Shown here piece after piece: positions 36,975-49,849 of a stretch of 64,000 bases of DNA. The position numbers were made by a program, and so were the translations under genes. The notes under the pieces were generated by a model. The model was given only the letters and a program-made list of their open reading frames with translations. It was not told the origin of the DNA and did no database searches. Source of the DNA: Chiloscyllium plagiosum (lineage: Eukaryota); the NCBI RefSeq assembly GCF_004010195.1, contig NC_057719.1:9220037-9284036 (forward strand), read 5' to 3'. The first letter of the stretch is position 1. Each line of letters begins with the position of its first letter.

Positions 36975-37584
36975 ACTGTTAGAGGTGTAGTCACTGGAAC
37001 AATGTAGGAAACTACAGGAACAGAGCCACATAGCAACTCGGTGGAACCATTGGTGACCTGGCAACCTCTTCTGTATTTACCACCAACCTATGTCAAGTTG
37101 TTACATGTCCACTGCTTACAATGCACATCCACTGACTTATGTTGAAACTGCACCTTGCAATGGCCCCCTTGTCCTCACATTTCTTTAACTTTCACACTGA
37201 GGGGATCACTAGCTATTTGTTCCCAGCCCTACTTTCCATGGTGAAAGTGCTACCTGATTGAACCCATGTAAATCCACTCTGACAGAGACACACCCAAATG
37301 GGTAGTTGACCCAGCGATACTGAAGGGACAGTGGTATCATTCTGAGTCAGGGTGGTGTGTGGCTTGGAAGAAAACTCGCCAGCCGCAATGCTCCCATGCC
37401 TCTGTCACCCTCGTCTGTTAAGTGCTGCAGGTCACAGGTTGGAAGTTACAGTTGTAAAAGGATTGGCAAATTGCTCGAGTGAATCACGTAGATGGCACAT
37501 ACCAAAGGTGGAGGAGAGCACGTGGGTGTCAGTGGTTAGGGTGACTATCAAGCGAGCTGCTTCATCCTGGGTGATGTTGAGCTT

Positions 37585-37876
37585 GATTACATTAGATTAG
37601 ATCCCCTACATTATGGAAACAGGCCCTTCAACCCAACAAGTCCATATCGACCCTCTGAAGAGTAACCCACCCGGACCCATTCTCCATATTCACCCCTGAC
37701 TATAGGCAATTTACCATGACCAATTCACCTAACATGCACATCTTCTGGGTTGTGGGAGGACACCAGAGTACCCGGAAGAAACCCACACAGACACGGGGAG
37801 AATATGCAAACTCCACACAGTCATCCGAGGCGGGTGTGGAGGCAGTAGTGCTAACCACTGAGCCACCGTGCTGCCC
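37585..37876 (-). mobile_element. HE1-type V-SINE
   Basis: Reverse V-domain and head. Confidence 0.85.
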
Positions 37877-37986
37877 AAAATCTTGATTGTTTGAGAAACT
37901 GCATGGATCTAGGCAAGTGAGAAATATTGCTGAAAAATGTGTTGCTGGAAAAGTGCAGCAGGTCAGGCAGCATCCAAGGAGCAGGG

Positions 37987-38024
37987 GAATCGACGTTTCG
38001 GGCATAAGCCCTTCTTCAGGAATG
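37987..38024 (-). ncRNA. Minimal hammerhead ribozyme motif within a PLE tail (about 37929-38028)
   Basis: Reverse complement CATTC CTGAAGA A GGGC-TTAT-GCCC GAAACGTC GATTC; intact core. Confidence 0.75.
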
Positions 38025-38827
38025 AGGATCCACAGTTTGCACAGATGCACACTAACCCAGAGTCCATGAACTAGGCTTTGATCCAGTATTTAAATAAAGT
38101 CATGGCCCCTTTTTTTACGACAAGACTAATTCTCGGCTGTTTGTGCTGGGGAGGTCAAGTTGCCCAGATCTGATTATATGGATTTGAGATTGATTTCCTG
38201 AGCTCATCCACCCCAGACCTTCCCTATTGCCTGTCCCACTTGTAAGCCACTAAACTTGGCAAATGGAAAATAGGCTCCTGTGTAAGAACAATGGAAGCCA
38301 ATTCATTAAAGCTGTCAAAAGGGAACTGGATACATACTTGAGAGGAGAAATTTGCAGGGCGACAGGGAGAAAGTGGAGGTAGTCAGGCTAATTGGACAGT
38401 ACTTGAACAGAGTTGACATAGCCATGATAGTTCAAACAGACTCCTTATGTGGTGTATTCGTCTGAGCCTTAACATAACATACTCTCATCTATCTCACATT
38501 AAACCATAATGGAGTTGCGATGGGAAAGCTGCCACTGGAGCACAGTAGCTACTGCCCAGAGTCCTAGATTAGTGCAGGTTATTCAGCGCTGACAATGAGG
38601 AACCCCTGGCTGAAACTGAAGTCCCAACAACCAACAGGAGTGCATTGCTCACCTAAAGAAGCACTCCAAGTGAGGATGCAAGACAGTGTGTTGCAATTGC
38701 TCCTGCTATTCTTATTTAAATAAAAGTTTACACCATTTCCAACTCAAATGCCTTTCTATCTCTTGCTTGCCTTGTATTGAACACCTCTGGGTTTCACTGC
38801 TAAAACATCTTTTGAGAGCTTCTAAAT

Positions 38828-39202
38828 TTTGTTTCATGGGGTGTGGCAAGTCTTATTGGACATCCCTAATTATTATTGATCTGTGTTGACAGGGCCTTTG
38901 CTGAGGGCAGTTAAGAGTCGAGCACATTGCTGTGGGTCTGGAGTCATGTGTAGGCCAGACTGGGTGACGATTGCAGATTTCTTTAAGGTCGTTAGTGAAC
39001 CAGATGGGCTTTTGTGACCTTTAAGAATGGCGCCATTACTCAATCATGCATTAAATTTCATACTTACTCTTAATTAATTGTATTTATTAATTAATTGAAT
39101 TTAAATGGCACGATCGAAGTGGTGGGATTTGAGCATGCATCCCGAGAGCACTAAGTCTGGGTTTCCAAATTACTAGCCCAGTGTTGCACCAAGATCTCCC
39201 CC
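38828..39202 (-). mobile_element. tRNA-derived SINE, second family, diverged
   Basis: GAGGGCAGTTAAGAGTC..CACATTGCTGTGGGTCTGGAGTCA. Confidence 0.72.
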
Positions 39203-39449
39203 ATGTGACATAAATTTGTTGCAAATTGAAGCCAAATTAGAACCTTTAAAAGTGGGATTGCCATGGGCCATTTTGCATTGCTAATTTGGTTCTAATAAGG
39301 AAGTGATAGATTGAAATGTCACTGAGCACTATCGGCTACACTGGGTCACAGCACTCACTGCTGGCTTTAAAGTGGAAAATGCCTGTCACTGATTCATTTA
39401 TTTCACACATATACTAATATATTTCTCATATCATCCTGTGCGTCATCAC

Positions 39450-39795
39450 TAATCAGAAACTGAACTGGACTAGCCATATAAATACTGCAACTGCAACAGC
39501 AAGTCAAGAGGCTGGGAATTCTGCAGCGAGTAACTCACCTCCTGACTCCCAAAAACCTGTCCCCACTATCTAAAAGGCACAAGCCAGAATTGTGATGGAA
39601 TACTCCCCACTTGCCTGGATGGGTGCAACTCTAACAACACTAAAGAAGCTTGACATCATTCAGGACAAAGCAGCCCACTTGATTGGCACCACGTCCCATT
39701 TTCAGCATTCACTTCCTTCATCGGCTGCCCACATTGGCAGCAGTGTGTACCATCTACAAGATGCACTGTAGCAACTTGGTAAGGCTCTCCAGACA
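39450..39795 (+). mobile_element. CR1/L2-like LINE fragment (second family)
   Basis: Similar to 7300-7630 (GTAACTCACCTCCTGACTCCC...GTGATGGAATACT...CAGGACAAAGCAGC). Confidence 0.8.
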
Positions 39796-39837
39796 GGGTC
39801 AGGACCAGAGATCATAGCCCAAGATCACCTCTGGATC

Positions 39838-40131
39838 TAGTCAGAAGTCACACAACGCTGGGTTATAAATCAACAAGTTTATTTGAAATCACAAGCTTTT
39901 GGAGAGCTGATGAACAAGCAGTGCTCCGGAAGCTTCTGATTTCAAATAAACCTGTTGGATTATAACCTGGTGAAAGTGAGGACTGCAGCTGCTGGAGATC
40001 AGAGTCGAGAGTGTGGTGCTGGAAAAGCACAGCAGGTTGGGAAGCATCTGAGGAGCAGGAGAGGACTATAACTGGTGTTATGTGACTTCTAACCTTCTCC
40101 ACCCCTATCCAACACTGGCACCTCCACATCA
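39838..40131. mobile_element. PLE family B fold-back insertion with a nested family A tail (about 39973-40062)
   Basis: Inverted GTCAGAAGTCACAC...TTTATTTGAAATCAC arms; nested insert flanked by GGA(T/C)TATAAC(C)TGGTG. Confidence 0.7.
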
Positions 40132-40149
40132 TACCGATGGATATACTGA

Positions 40150-40600
40150 ACGTGTATGTGTGGGTGTGTCTGTACATGTGTGTGTGCATCTGTGTGTCTG
40201 TGTATGTGCGCGTATCTGTGTACGTGTATGTGTCTCTGCGTGTGTGCGTGTATCTGTGCATGTGCATGTCTGTATGTGTGAGTCTTTGCATGTGCATGTC
40301 TGTGCGTTTGCGTATGTCTGTGCGTGTGTGTATGTGAGTGTGTGTGTCTGTGTGTGTATGCATGTCTGTGCGTATGGTTGTGTCTGTGTGTGCATGCGTG
40401 TGTGTCTGTGTGTGTGTATCTGTGCATGTGTGTGACTGTGCCGGTGCATATGAATGTGTGTGTGTGTGTATCTATGCATGTCTGTGTCTGTCTGTCTATG
40501 TGTGTCAATGCATGTGTGCGTGTGTCGGTGTGTGTGTGTGTGTGTTGGAGGGGGTCTATGCGTGTGTCAGTGTGTGTGTTATGTGTGTGCGTGTGTGTAT
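40150..40600. repeat. Degenerate (TG)n microsatellite-derived tract
   Basis: About 450 bp of alternating TG/TA/CG. Confidence 0.95.
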
Positions 40601-41582
40601 GGGATGTGGAGTCCTAGATGCTGTAAAATGCTGAAGTGGTAAATGAGATTTGACCCTTGAACTTGCATCCAGCTACATTGGAATACAGCAGCACACTCTT
40701 GACAGAAATGTCAACATGGGAGCAAGATGCTTGATTGAAAATGGCAAGCAACTGGTTTTGTTATTATCCTCAAGTTACTGTCATTGAAAAATCCTGGAAC
40801 TCCCTCCCTGACAGCACTGTAGATATCCCTCATCCCATGGACTGCAGTGATTCAAATGGTCAGCTCATTACCACCTTCTCATGGGTAACTTGGGATGTGC
40901 AATAAATGCTGACCCAGCCAATGGCACCCACGTCCCATGAATGAATGTAAAGAAATGGCTTGGCTAACACAGTAACTTCAGCAACCCCCCAACTCCCTGA
41001 CCTCGAAGCAATGACTCAAAATTAAATTCATTAACAAAACAAAATATAAAATGTCATGACTGTGGAATATTAAGGTTCATCTTGTGCTTTGTTTGAAAAA
41101 AGCTTCACAGTTAATTGTGGAACTGCACTTTAATTCAGAAAAAATAATATTGCAACAAATCCTGAAGGTCTTCCAATAAATCCCAGGAGTATTACTAATG
41201 TGTTGAGGCTGGCAAAGCTCCAAAGGTGATTGGAGCAAAGAATGCCATTGTTAAAAGGCACTTGTACAGGCAAAAGAGTTTTTTAAAAAATCACATTATC
41301 ATCAGCAGTTGAACTATTCAACAATTCACCAATTCCTAGAAGCAAATGATAATAGCCAGGCTGTGAAATCGATACTGAAGCTGAAGGGGTCCTATTCCAC
41401 TCTGCAATGTTACTGAATAAAGATTAATTACTCTTGAGGTTCCCTTAAAAGTAAAGAGGCACTGTCAGCGGGGTACCGTGGTTTCTGTCCGGTCTCTATG
41501 TACACAATGATGACAGTCATGTAACAAATTCAAGGTGAGCACATTTGGGCTTTCCTCAACCCCCTCCTCCTGGCTGTTTCAT

Positions 41583-42282
41583 GCTCCTTGAAAGTGGAGT
41601 CGCAGGTAGATAGGATAGTGAAGAAGGCATTTGGTATGCTTTCCTTTATTGGTCAGAATATTGAGTACAGGAGTTGGGAGGTCATGTTGTGGATGTACAG
41701 GACATTGGTTAGGCCACTGTTCGAATATTGCGTACAATTCTGGTCTCCTTTCTATCAGAAAGATGTAGTGAAACTTGAAAGGATGTTGTCAGGGTTGGAG
41801 GATTTGAGCTTAGGGAGCGGCTGAACAGGCTGGGGCTGTTTTCCCTGGAGCGTCGGGCGCTGAGGGGTGACCTCATAGAGGTTTACAGCGCAACATCGAG
41901 GGCCGAAGGACCTGTACTGCGCTGTATTCTTCTATGTTCTATGTTCTAAATAGACAAAGTCTTTTCCCGGGGTCAGGGAGTCCAGAACTAGAGGGCATAG
42001 GTTTAGGGTGAGAGGGGAAAGATATAAAAGAGACATAATGGGCAACTTTTTAATGCAGAGGGTGGTACGTGTATGGAATGAGCTGCCAGAGGAAGTGGTG
42101 GAGGCTGGTACAATTGCAATATTTAAAAGGCATTTGGATGGGGTATATGAATAGGAAGGGTTTGGATGGATACGGGCCAGGTGCTGGCAGGTTGGACTAG
42201 ATTGGGTTGGGATATCTAGTTGGCATGGACAGGTTGGACTGAAGGGTCTGTTTCCATGCTGTACATCTCTATGACTCTATGA
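41583..42282 (+). mobile_element. CR1 (HER1-like) LINE 3' fragment, interrupted by a short young CR1 tail (about 41887-41948)
   Basis: KVESQVDRIVKKAFGML...EYCVQFWSP; inserted GCGCAACATCGAGGGCC...TTCTATGTTCTATGTTCTA. Confidence 0.88.
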
Positions 42283-43807
42283 TTGCAGTCCTTAAAACCC
42301 TTCACTTCATGGAAGCCTATGGAGTGAATCTTAACAGGAGCCTCCTGATCCTAGCACTGGTTGAGGGACAATTCCAGATCAGGAACCCAGAAGTTGTTAT
42401 GTCCAAATGTTGAACTTGAATGGTTGTGGGGGGGGGGGGGTGGTGGCTAATCGGCAAACTGACACCAATTTAAGACTGAGACGAGAGGGAATTTCTTCTC
42501 TCAGAGGGTTGTGAGTCTTTGGAAGTCCTTGTGTATATTTAAGACTGGGATCGACAGATTCTTGGTTAGTCAACGAATCAAGGATCACGGGTAAAGGTCA
42601 GGAAAGTGGACGTAAGAAATGTTGGATCAGTCATGATCCTGCTGAATGGCAGAGCAGGCTGGAGGGGATGAACGGCCTACTTTACTGTCTTATTAATGAT
42701 GTAATATTTTAGCAAGAAGGTATTATCTGCTTCGATTGATCCATCTAACTCACCCAACTTTGCCCCGAAAGGGCCAAAGAAAAACTTGAATTCTGACAAG
42801 GCTGTCTCTAAACCCTTTATAGTCAATGTAATAACCATGAGGTGTATCCACTTCTGTAATGCTTACCTTGACCCTCCCTGCCTTCCATGAGCAGTAATTG
42901 GTGTCTCCACCACACTCAAGTGGATACAGAGGAAGGCAGTTTTCTGTTGATAATTTAATGGTGGACATTGGTGGGGCCGGGGCGGGGAATGTAGGATGGT
43001 GGCAGCATCAACCACAGACCCCAATCCCATTCTCCCTCCCTGCTATCAAAGGGGTACATGTCCTGATGGAGAAATTCAGCAGGTCTGGCAGCATCTGCAG
43101 AGGGCGGGGGGAGAGAGAGAGAGAGAGAGAGAAGTAGAGTTGATGTGTTGAGCACAAAATATGTTTTCTCTTTGGAACTACCTACAGTGATTTACACTGT
43201 GCCGCACCTACTTTACACTATTGGCAGAGGCAAAAGGGGCTAGATAAATGCAACATGTTGTTATTACTGAGCCACAATTCGGAGGGGAAGCTTGGTTGCT
43301 TTTCCCCACTCCCTAACCGACATTGATTGTACAAACCGCTTGCCTACTGTCTTTGCCAAATTTAACACAGAATTCCGCTTCTGCACCGATTGATCTATGT
43401 GCCTCTTTGCAGAGAGGAAGAAATAATGTCGCACACAGGTCCTGTTTGTCCACCTCTCCTGTGCTCAAATTGCATTGCATTAACCGCATCATTGTTCTTA
43501 TGCTGTCCCCACACAAGGTGACCCGCATAGCTAGCTCTGAGCCAAACAATTCCCTTTCCTCCCGAGAGATTTTAACGCTCCAAGTTCACCCAAGATGTGA
43601 ACTACCTCGCTTGCATTTCTCATTTATTCAAGGACATCATCTGTTCAGGGTTAATGGACATTGTCCTGGGTCAGTGATCTGATGGTCCCTGAGAAATGTC
43701 TGAGCTTGCTTGAGAGAACTGAGGTCATGTCTGCTCAGTTACGTGATGCTGTGGTGCCTCAAGAGGCACAACACACTGAGACTCAAGTGATAAGATCAAG
43801 AGAGATA

Positions 43808-44052
43808 AATAGAATCCCCACTGTGCTGAAGCAGGCCATTCGGCCCATTGAGTTCACAACGACCCTCTGAAGAACATCCCACCCAGACCCAGATTAGCAT
43901 GGCCAATCTGCATATCTTTGATCTGTGGGAAGGAACCCACATAGACATGGGGAGAATGTGCAAACTCCACACAGAGAGTCACCCAAGGGTGGATTCAAAG
44001 CCAGATCCCTGGTGCTGTGAGGCAACAGTGCTAACCACTGAGCCACCGTGCT
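43808..44052 (-). mobile_element. HE1-type V-SINE, internally deleted
   Basis: GGGAGAATGTGCAAACTCCACACAG...GTGCTAACCACTGAGCCACCGTG. Confidence 0.85.
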
Positions 44053-44149
44053 ATTCCAAAGTGTGATCAAGTGTATCCAGGCCTAGGAATCAAGATAGAG
44101 AGCTTTGATTTGACAGCAATGTTACTCAATTGTGTTCTGTCACACATGA

Positions 44150-44478
44150 GGGAGGTGATGGCCAAGTGGTATTTTAGCTGGACTGTTAATCCAGGGAGCC
44201 AGACAATGTCCTGGGGGATGTGGGTTCAGATGGCGGAATTTGAAGTTAATAAAAAAAAAATCTGGAATTAAGAGGTGAATGCTGACCCTCAAGCAAAAAA
44301 CCCATCTAATTCACTTATGGCCTTTAGGGAAGGAAACCATGGTGCTTACCTGGCCTACATGTGAGTTTAGACCCACAGTAATGTAGTCGACTCTTAATTG
44401 CTCTTTAGGCAATTAGGGATGGGTAATAAATGCTGGCTCAGTCAGTGATGCCCACATCTCATGAGTGAATAAAAAAAC
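44150..44478 (+). mobile_element. tRNA-derived SINE, second family
   Basis: GGGAGGTGATGGCCAAGTGGTA head and AATAAATGCTGGC tail. Confidence 0.8.
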
Positions 44479-44949
44479 ATCCTCCATCCAGGCCCAACAT
44501 CACAGAATTGCTGCGACACAGGAGGAAGCCATTCAGTCCAATGCACTCATGACATCACCTACTGAGTGTCTTACTTCGGCCATTCTCCTGTCTTCGCCCT
44601 GTACAGTCTTCCTTTTCAAACTTATAAAAATTTTTATTTGTTCCCAGGATGTGGCTATCGCTGGCCATGCCAGCATTGATTCCCTGTCCCTTATTGCCCA
44701 GAGGGTAGGTCAGTGGAGGTGTAGCCTTTTGGGGCCAATCAGGCAAAACCAGGTGAGGAAGGTGGTGAGGTGGGGGTGGTGGACAAAGGGAAGGGAATGT
44801 GTCCATCATGAGAACGAAGGTTGATGGTCGAAGCTGTCTTCCAGCAGAGACAGTCTTGTTGCTGGGTTGTGCCCCATCACCCTCAAACCTTGGGGTGAGG
44901 GTTGGGTGCAGAGACGTCAGTCTCTCCTGAGTCTCTCGTCTTTTTTTTA

Positions 44950-45163
44950 GGATTAGAGTGGTGCTGGAAAAGCACAGCAGGTCAGGCAGCATCTGAGGAG
45001 CAGGAAAATCGACGTTTTGGGCAAAAGTCCGTCATCGGGAGTCAGGCATTTGCCCGAAACGTCGATTTTCCTGCTCCTCGGATGCTGCCTGACCTGCTGT
45101 GCTTTTCCAGCACCACTCTCATCTAAGCTTTGGTTTCCAGCATCTGCAGTCCTCATCTTTGCC
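44950..45163. mobile_element. PLE family A fold-back insertion
   Basis: Inverted arms of about 75 bp meeting at hammerhead remnants 45005-45070. Confidence 0.8.
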
Positions 45164-45906
45164 TCTCTTGTCTTTCTGCCTGGCCTTTCTGCTGCAGTTA
45201 ATAATATCATGAAATGGTTGCTAAGAGCCTCAACTGGCCGAAGGAGAACTGCTCTGCCTACCCTGACCATGCGAAATGGCCAGTGGTTGCAAGAAGACAA
45301 GAAGCTCTGCAGAGAGTTCCATCATTGTCCTCAGTGAATACTTCACCCTCAAGCCTTGCTGTACAAAATAAAGACAGGAACTAGTCATTCAACATCTTGC
45401 TATCAGTTTGATTTTGTCATGTCCAAAATAACTGCTGTGCTCTCTGAGATAGCGAACATGACTGCATTTTAGACAGTGATTCAGTGAACATGTTGTGTTT
45501 TAGGACATTGCCAAAAAGATGTGACAAGGAGCTGTTTCAATGCTAATGCTTTCCTTGGTTAGTGACAAAAAAAACCTGCCGATGCTGGAATCCAAAACAG
45601 ACAGGCAGGAGGCTGGAAGAACACAGCAAGCCAGGCAGCATCAGGAGGTGGAGAAGTCAGTGTTTTGAGGGTACTCCTTCTTCAGGACGGCTTTCGAATG
45701 CTTTCCTTGAGCATTTTAAAGATTTGGACCATGCCCCCTACGTTCCTCGGCGGAGATTCTAAAAGGACATTGGCATACAACAACAACTTGCATTCATGCA
45801 GCTCCGCCAGTGTAAAGAAATTATAAAGCTTCACAGAAGCGTTATAAAGCAGACTTTGGCATCACTTCATGGGATATCACGACAGGCTGCCCAAGGCTTG
45901 GTCAAA

Positions 45907-46120
45907 AGAGAAAGTGATGTTAGAGATCAGTGTCAAAAAGTGTGGTGCTTGAAAAGCACAGCCAGTCAGGCAGCATCCGAGGAGCAGGAGAGTCGACGTT
46001 TCGGAAATAAGCCCTTCATCAGAACATGCTTGATGACGAGCTTATGCCTGAAACATCGACTCTCCTGCTTCTTGGATACTGCTTGACCTGCTGTTTTCTT
46101 TCCAGTGCCTCACTTTTTGA
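45907..46120. mobile_element. PLE family A fold-back insertion
   Basis: Inverted arms; 16-bp TSD CCAAGG(C/T)TTGGTCAAA at 45891-45906 and 46121-46136. Confidence 0.8.
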
Positions 46121-46349
46121 CCAAGGTTTGGTCAAAGCTGAGAAAATAAATGAGAACTCAGACCCCACGTAGCTGAGACAGTGAGTGACTAAAACTGGTG
46201 ATGTTGAAAGGGCCAGAACTGAAGGAGGGCAGAGATCGCCAAGGGTTATAGAGTTGGAGGCAATTTCAGAAAGAGAGAGGAGTGAGGATAAGCAGGGGTT
46301 TGGAAACAAGAAGGAGAATTTTATTTTAAAAATCAAAATGTTGGCCTTT

Positions 46350-46753
46350 CTTTATTCATTCATGAGATGTGGGCTAGGTCAGCATTTATTGCCCATCCCT
46401 AATTACCCAGAGGGCAGTTAAGGGTCAACCACATTGCTGTAGGTCTGGAGTCACATGTAGACCTAACCAGGTAAGGATGGCAGTTAAGGGTCAACCACAT
46501 TGCTGTAGGTCTGGAGTCACATGTAGACCAACCAGGTAAGGATGGCAGTTTCCTTCCCTAAAAGCATTTGTGAACCAGATGGGTTTTTCCACTAACAATC
46601 AACAACAGATTCATGGTAATTAATTCCAGATTTTTATATTGAATTCAAATTGTACCATCTGCCATGATGGGATTTGAACCTAGGTCTCCAGAACATTACC
46701 GGGGGCTCCAGGTTAAAAGTGCAGTGATAATACCATTAGGTCATTGTCTCCCC
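46350..46753 (-). mobile_element. tRNA-derived SINE, second family, with an internal tandem duplication of about 66 bp
   Basis: GGCAGTTAAGGGTCAACC...GTAAGGAT occurs twice (46413-46549). Confidence 0.85.
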
Positions 46754-47827
46754 TCGTCCATGAAACAATAGACCAGCAAAAAGCAGCATCTGTAGTAAAA
46801 ACAGGAGAGCCCTTTTCATTGCTTTGCCCATGGTAGTTCAGATGACATATGTAATGGACAAAGTTTTATGCTTGCTGTGGAATTGGGGTTTTGTACAAAG
46901 GCATCTCCATTCTGTTGCAACCTAATTGCTCATTTGAAAGAGTTTGCAGCCTTACCAGTACTGACCATTCCTCAGTTCGAGGTGAGAAAGTTCCAGCAAA
47001 AAATCCTTTCTCTTTGAAGTCTTCTGAAGTAATACAAGCTGATCTTGATGACAGACATTTATAGGAATAATTATAACCAGATGTAGATAGAGATCTAATG
47101 AGCAGGAGAGTTATCCCCAGGGATCTGAGCAATATGTCTCCTTCAATTGACATCCAATTATCTAGTTCTGACCACTTTGTGATTGTGGGAGTTTGCTGAG
47201 TAGAAACTGGCACATTACACCAGTGACCACACTCCCAAAGCATCTCATTGCTATTAATGCCTGGAGGCATCCTGAAGTTCAGAAAGCTGCTACAGAAATG
47301 CAAGTCTTTAACATCAATAGTTCATGAGGTAAGCTGATGGATCTGCACTCTGATCCACATTAAGATCTCACATGGCATCTCTCACAGTGAATATTTTTCT
47401 AGTTTCGGAGGAGATTACAGGTAATCATAAAATACCTGAATTAAGATGAGGAGCAAGACATTCAGGTTCCCTCTGAGAGGTGAAGTTCCTCCTCATTCCC
47501 ATCTTCAATGGTAGACCCCATACCTTGACAAAGAATCACCTTGTGTTTCCACAAGACAGGAAACATTCTCTCCATTCCCACCCTGTCAAGTCTCCTCAGG
47601 AGCTGATATGTCCAATAAGATGGTACAGGCCCAATCTGTTTCTCGTCAGACAACATCTTCATTCCTGGAAATTGCTGCAGAAACTCAGCAGCTCTGGTAG
47701 TATCTGTGGAGAAGCAGTGTCACTGGACCTGAAACATTAACTCTGCTTTCTCTCCACAAATGCTGCCAGACCTGCTGTGTTTCTCTATCTTCTTCTGTTT
47801 TTGTTTAAGATTTCCAACTTCTGCGGC

Positions 47828-48020
47828 TCAGGATGTTCTGCTATAACGCGCTTTTCGTTATTGCGATTTCACTCTAACTTGATTGACGAATTGGGCACTG
47901 TGTTTCTAAAGCACAAACTTTTAAAGCGTGTATTAGTTACAACCATTAGGTTAAATGGTGCAGCTATTACGCGATTTTCTTCTAAAACGGGATTTCATGA
48001 GAAGGGAACTGACTGTTCTT
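47828..48020. mobile_element. Possible DNA-transposon (Tc1/pogo-like MITE) relic
   Basis: Repeated CTAT(A/T)ACGCG..TTT motifs typical of subterminal repeats; termini not resolved. Confidence 0.3.
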
Positions 48021-48730
48021 TATTTTATCATCATTCCAGGAATCGGTCTAGTGAGCTTTCCTGGACTGTTTCCAACACACGTATCCCTCTTAAAATAAGA
48101 GGACCACACCCTGTTAAGCTTGGCACTTGGAGGAAGTTGAGATGGTTGAATGTTAATATCTGACTGATACACATAAGGATCACTCATCTTTCATAGTCCT
48201 ACTTAACAATGACATTTGTGGAAATCCCTTAGCTATGTGATGGGAAAGTAAAGAGATCATATAATATTTCAGCAAACTGAAAAAATGCAAAATTCCAACT
48301 TCTTTACTGGATTGTATATTAAATGACGTAACAGTGAATAATTTCACTAATTTCAACAACGAAAGAACGTATGAAAGGAGGCGTGCAAAGTCCATCATGC
48401 GCATACTTCACGTCATCCTTAATGACAGGCTTCCCACACAGTGTAAAGGCTTGATTTGTAGGTGGAAGTGGTTATGCTTAACTTTCTATTGCTGGAATTC
48501 ATCAGGCAACTGTTAACTTAGTGAGGGAGGGGTGCAGGGAAGGGGAATTTTACTCTAATGAGCAGCTCAGTCCAGTTGGATTCACTGAATTGCTCTCTTC
48601 CAACCTGGTGAGGACAGAGACTCTGGTGAGATGCAAGAAAAGCCACAATGATGCAGGAAGATTGCTAGTGTCCTGTGCCTAGTTACTGTCTTCGCATTTG
48701 TATTGTTCAACTGCTCTAGAATTTGACATT

Positions 48731-49175
48731 GGGGTGGCATGGTGGCTCAGTGGTTAGTACTACTGCCTCTCAGTGCCAGGGTCCTGGGTTCGATTCCACC
48801 CTTGAGTGACTGTTAGTGTAGAGTTTGCAAATTCTCTCCATGGGTTTCCTCCCACAATCCTAAAATGTGCAGGTTAGGTGGATTGGCCATGTTAAATTGC
48901 CGATACTGTCCTGGGATATGCAGACGAGGTGAGTTTGCCATGGGAAATGCAGGGAGACAGGGATAGGCTGAGATTGTCTTTGGAGGGTCTGTGTGACCTG
49001 CCACTGCACTGTAGGGAGTCTATGATTCTAAATCATCCCGTGGTGTCCAGGGATGTATAGGTTACATGGATTAGCTATGGTAAATATGGAGATGGGGTCT
49101 GGCTGGTTCTTGGTAGGATGCTCTTTGAAGGGCCAGATGGCCTCTTTCTGCACTGTAAGGATTCAATGTTTCTAT
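48731..49175 (+). mobile_element. HE1-type V-SINE with a duplicated tail region
   Basis: GGGTGGCATGGTGGCTCAGTGGTTAG head, GGTTCGATTCC B-box. Confidence 0.85.
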
Positions 49176-49849
49176 ACACCTACCTGAGGCATTAAAACAT
49201 TGTGACTAAACTCTCTGTTGAGAAGTTAAACTTGAAGGAAAAATGGAAGAGAGTAAGTGACAGCTGGAGAGCTTTAGAGAGGGAATTCTAGAGCTCAGAG
49301 TCTAGGTAATTGAAGGTATGGGGTGATGCTCAAGAGGCTAGATTCGGAGGAATTTTCAGATCCTCGAATATTCTAGTACAGGAGGAGCATACAGATATTG
49401 GGAGCAGGGAGGTCATGACAGGATTTGACAACAGGTAAAAGAACATTAAATTGAGGCTTCGTTAGTCTGGAAGCCAGTGGAGATCAGTAATGGGACTTGA
49501 TGTGAATTAGGATACAGGCAGCAACTCACGTTGATGAAGGTTGGAAAGTGAGAGGCTGACCATGACAGTGTTACAGTCACTGAGCTGAGAGCTATCAAAG
49601 AAACAAAGACTCTCAGAGGCAGATGAACTATGGATGGAAGTGTGATACCTTGACGTCACGTTTACGTACAGTAAATTCAGTCCAGCCTCAAACAATTGCA
49701 TAAGTGACTGGAATAACACTTCACAATCCCTCCCCTCCTCCAACCTCCATCTGCCCAATCCAATCTTTACTTCCCCCTGTCCAGGAACAACCTTTCTCTT
49801 CAGAGTCCATTTGAGAATAAGACACATTGTCTTATTTCCAGACACATTT

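Noticed and set aside
39863..40642. Several 60-166 aa ORFs rich in H/T or C/V
   Set aside because: Translations of a (TG)n microsatellite tract
44953..45337. Recurrent 'LLGCCLTCCAFPAP' peptides
   Set aside because: Translation of the non-coding PLE tail
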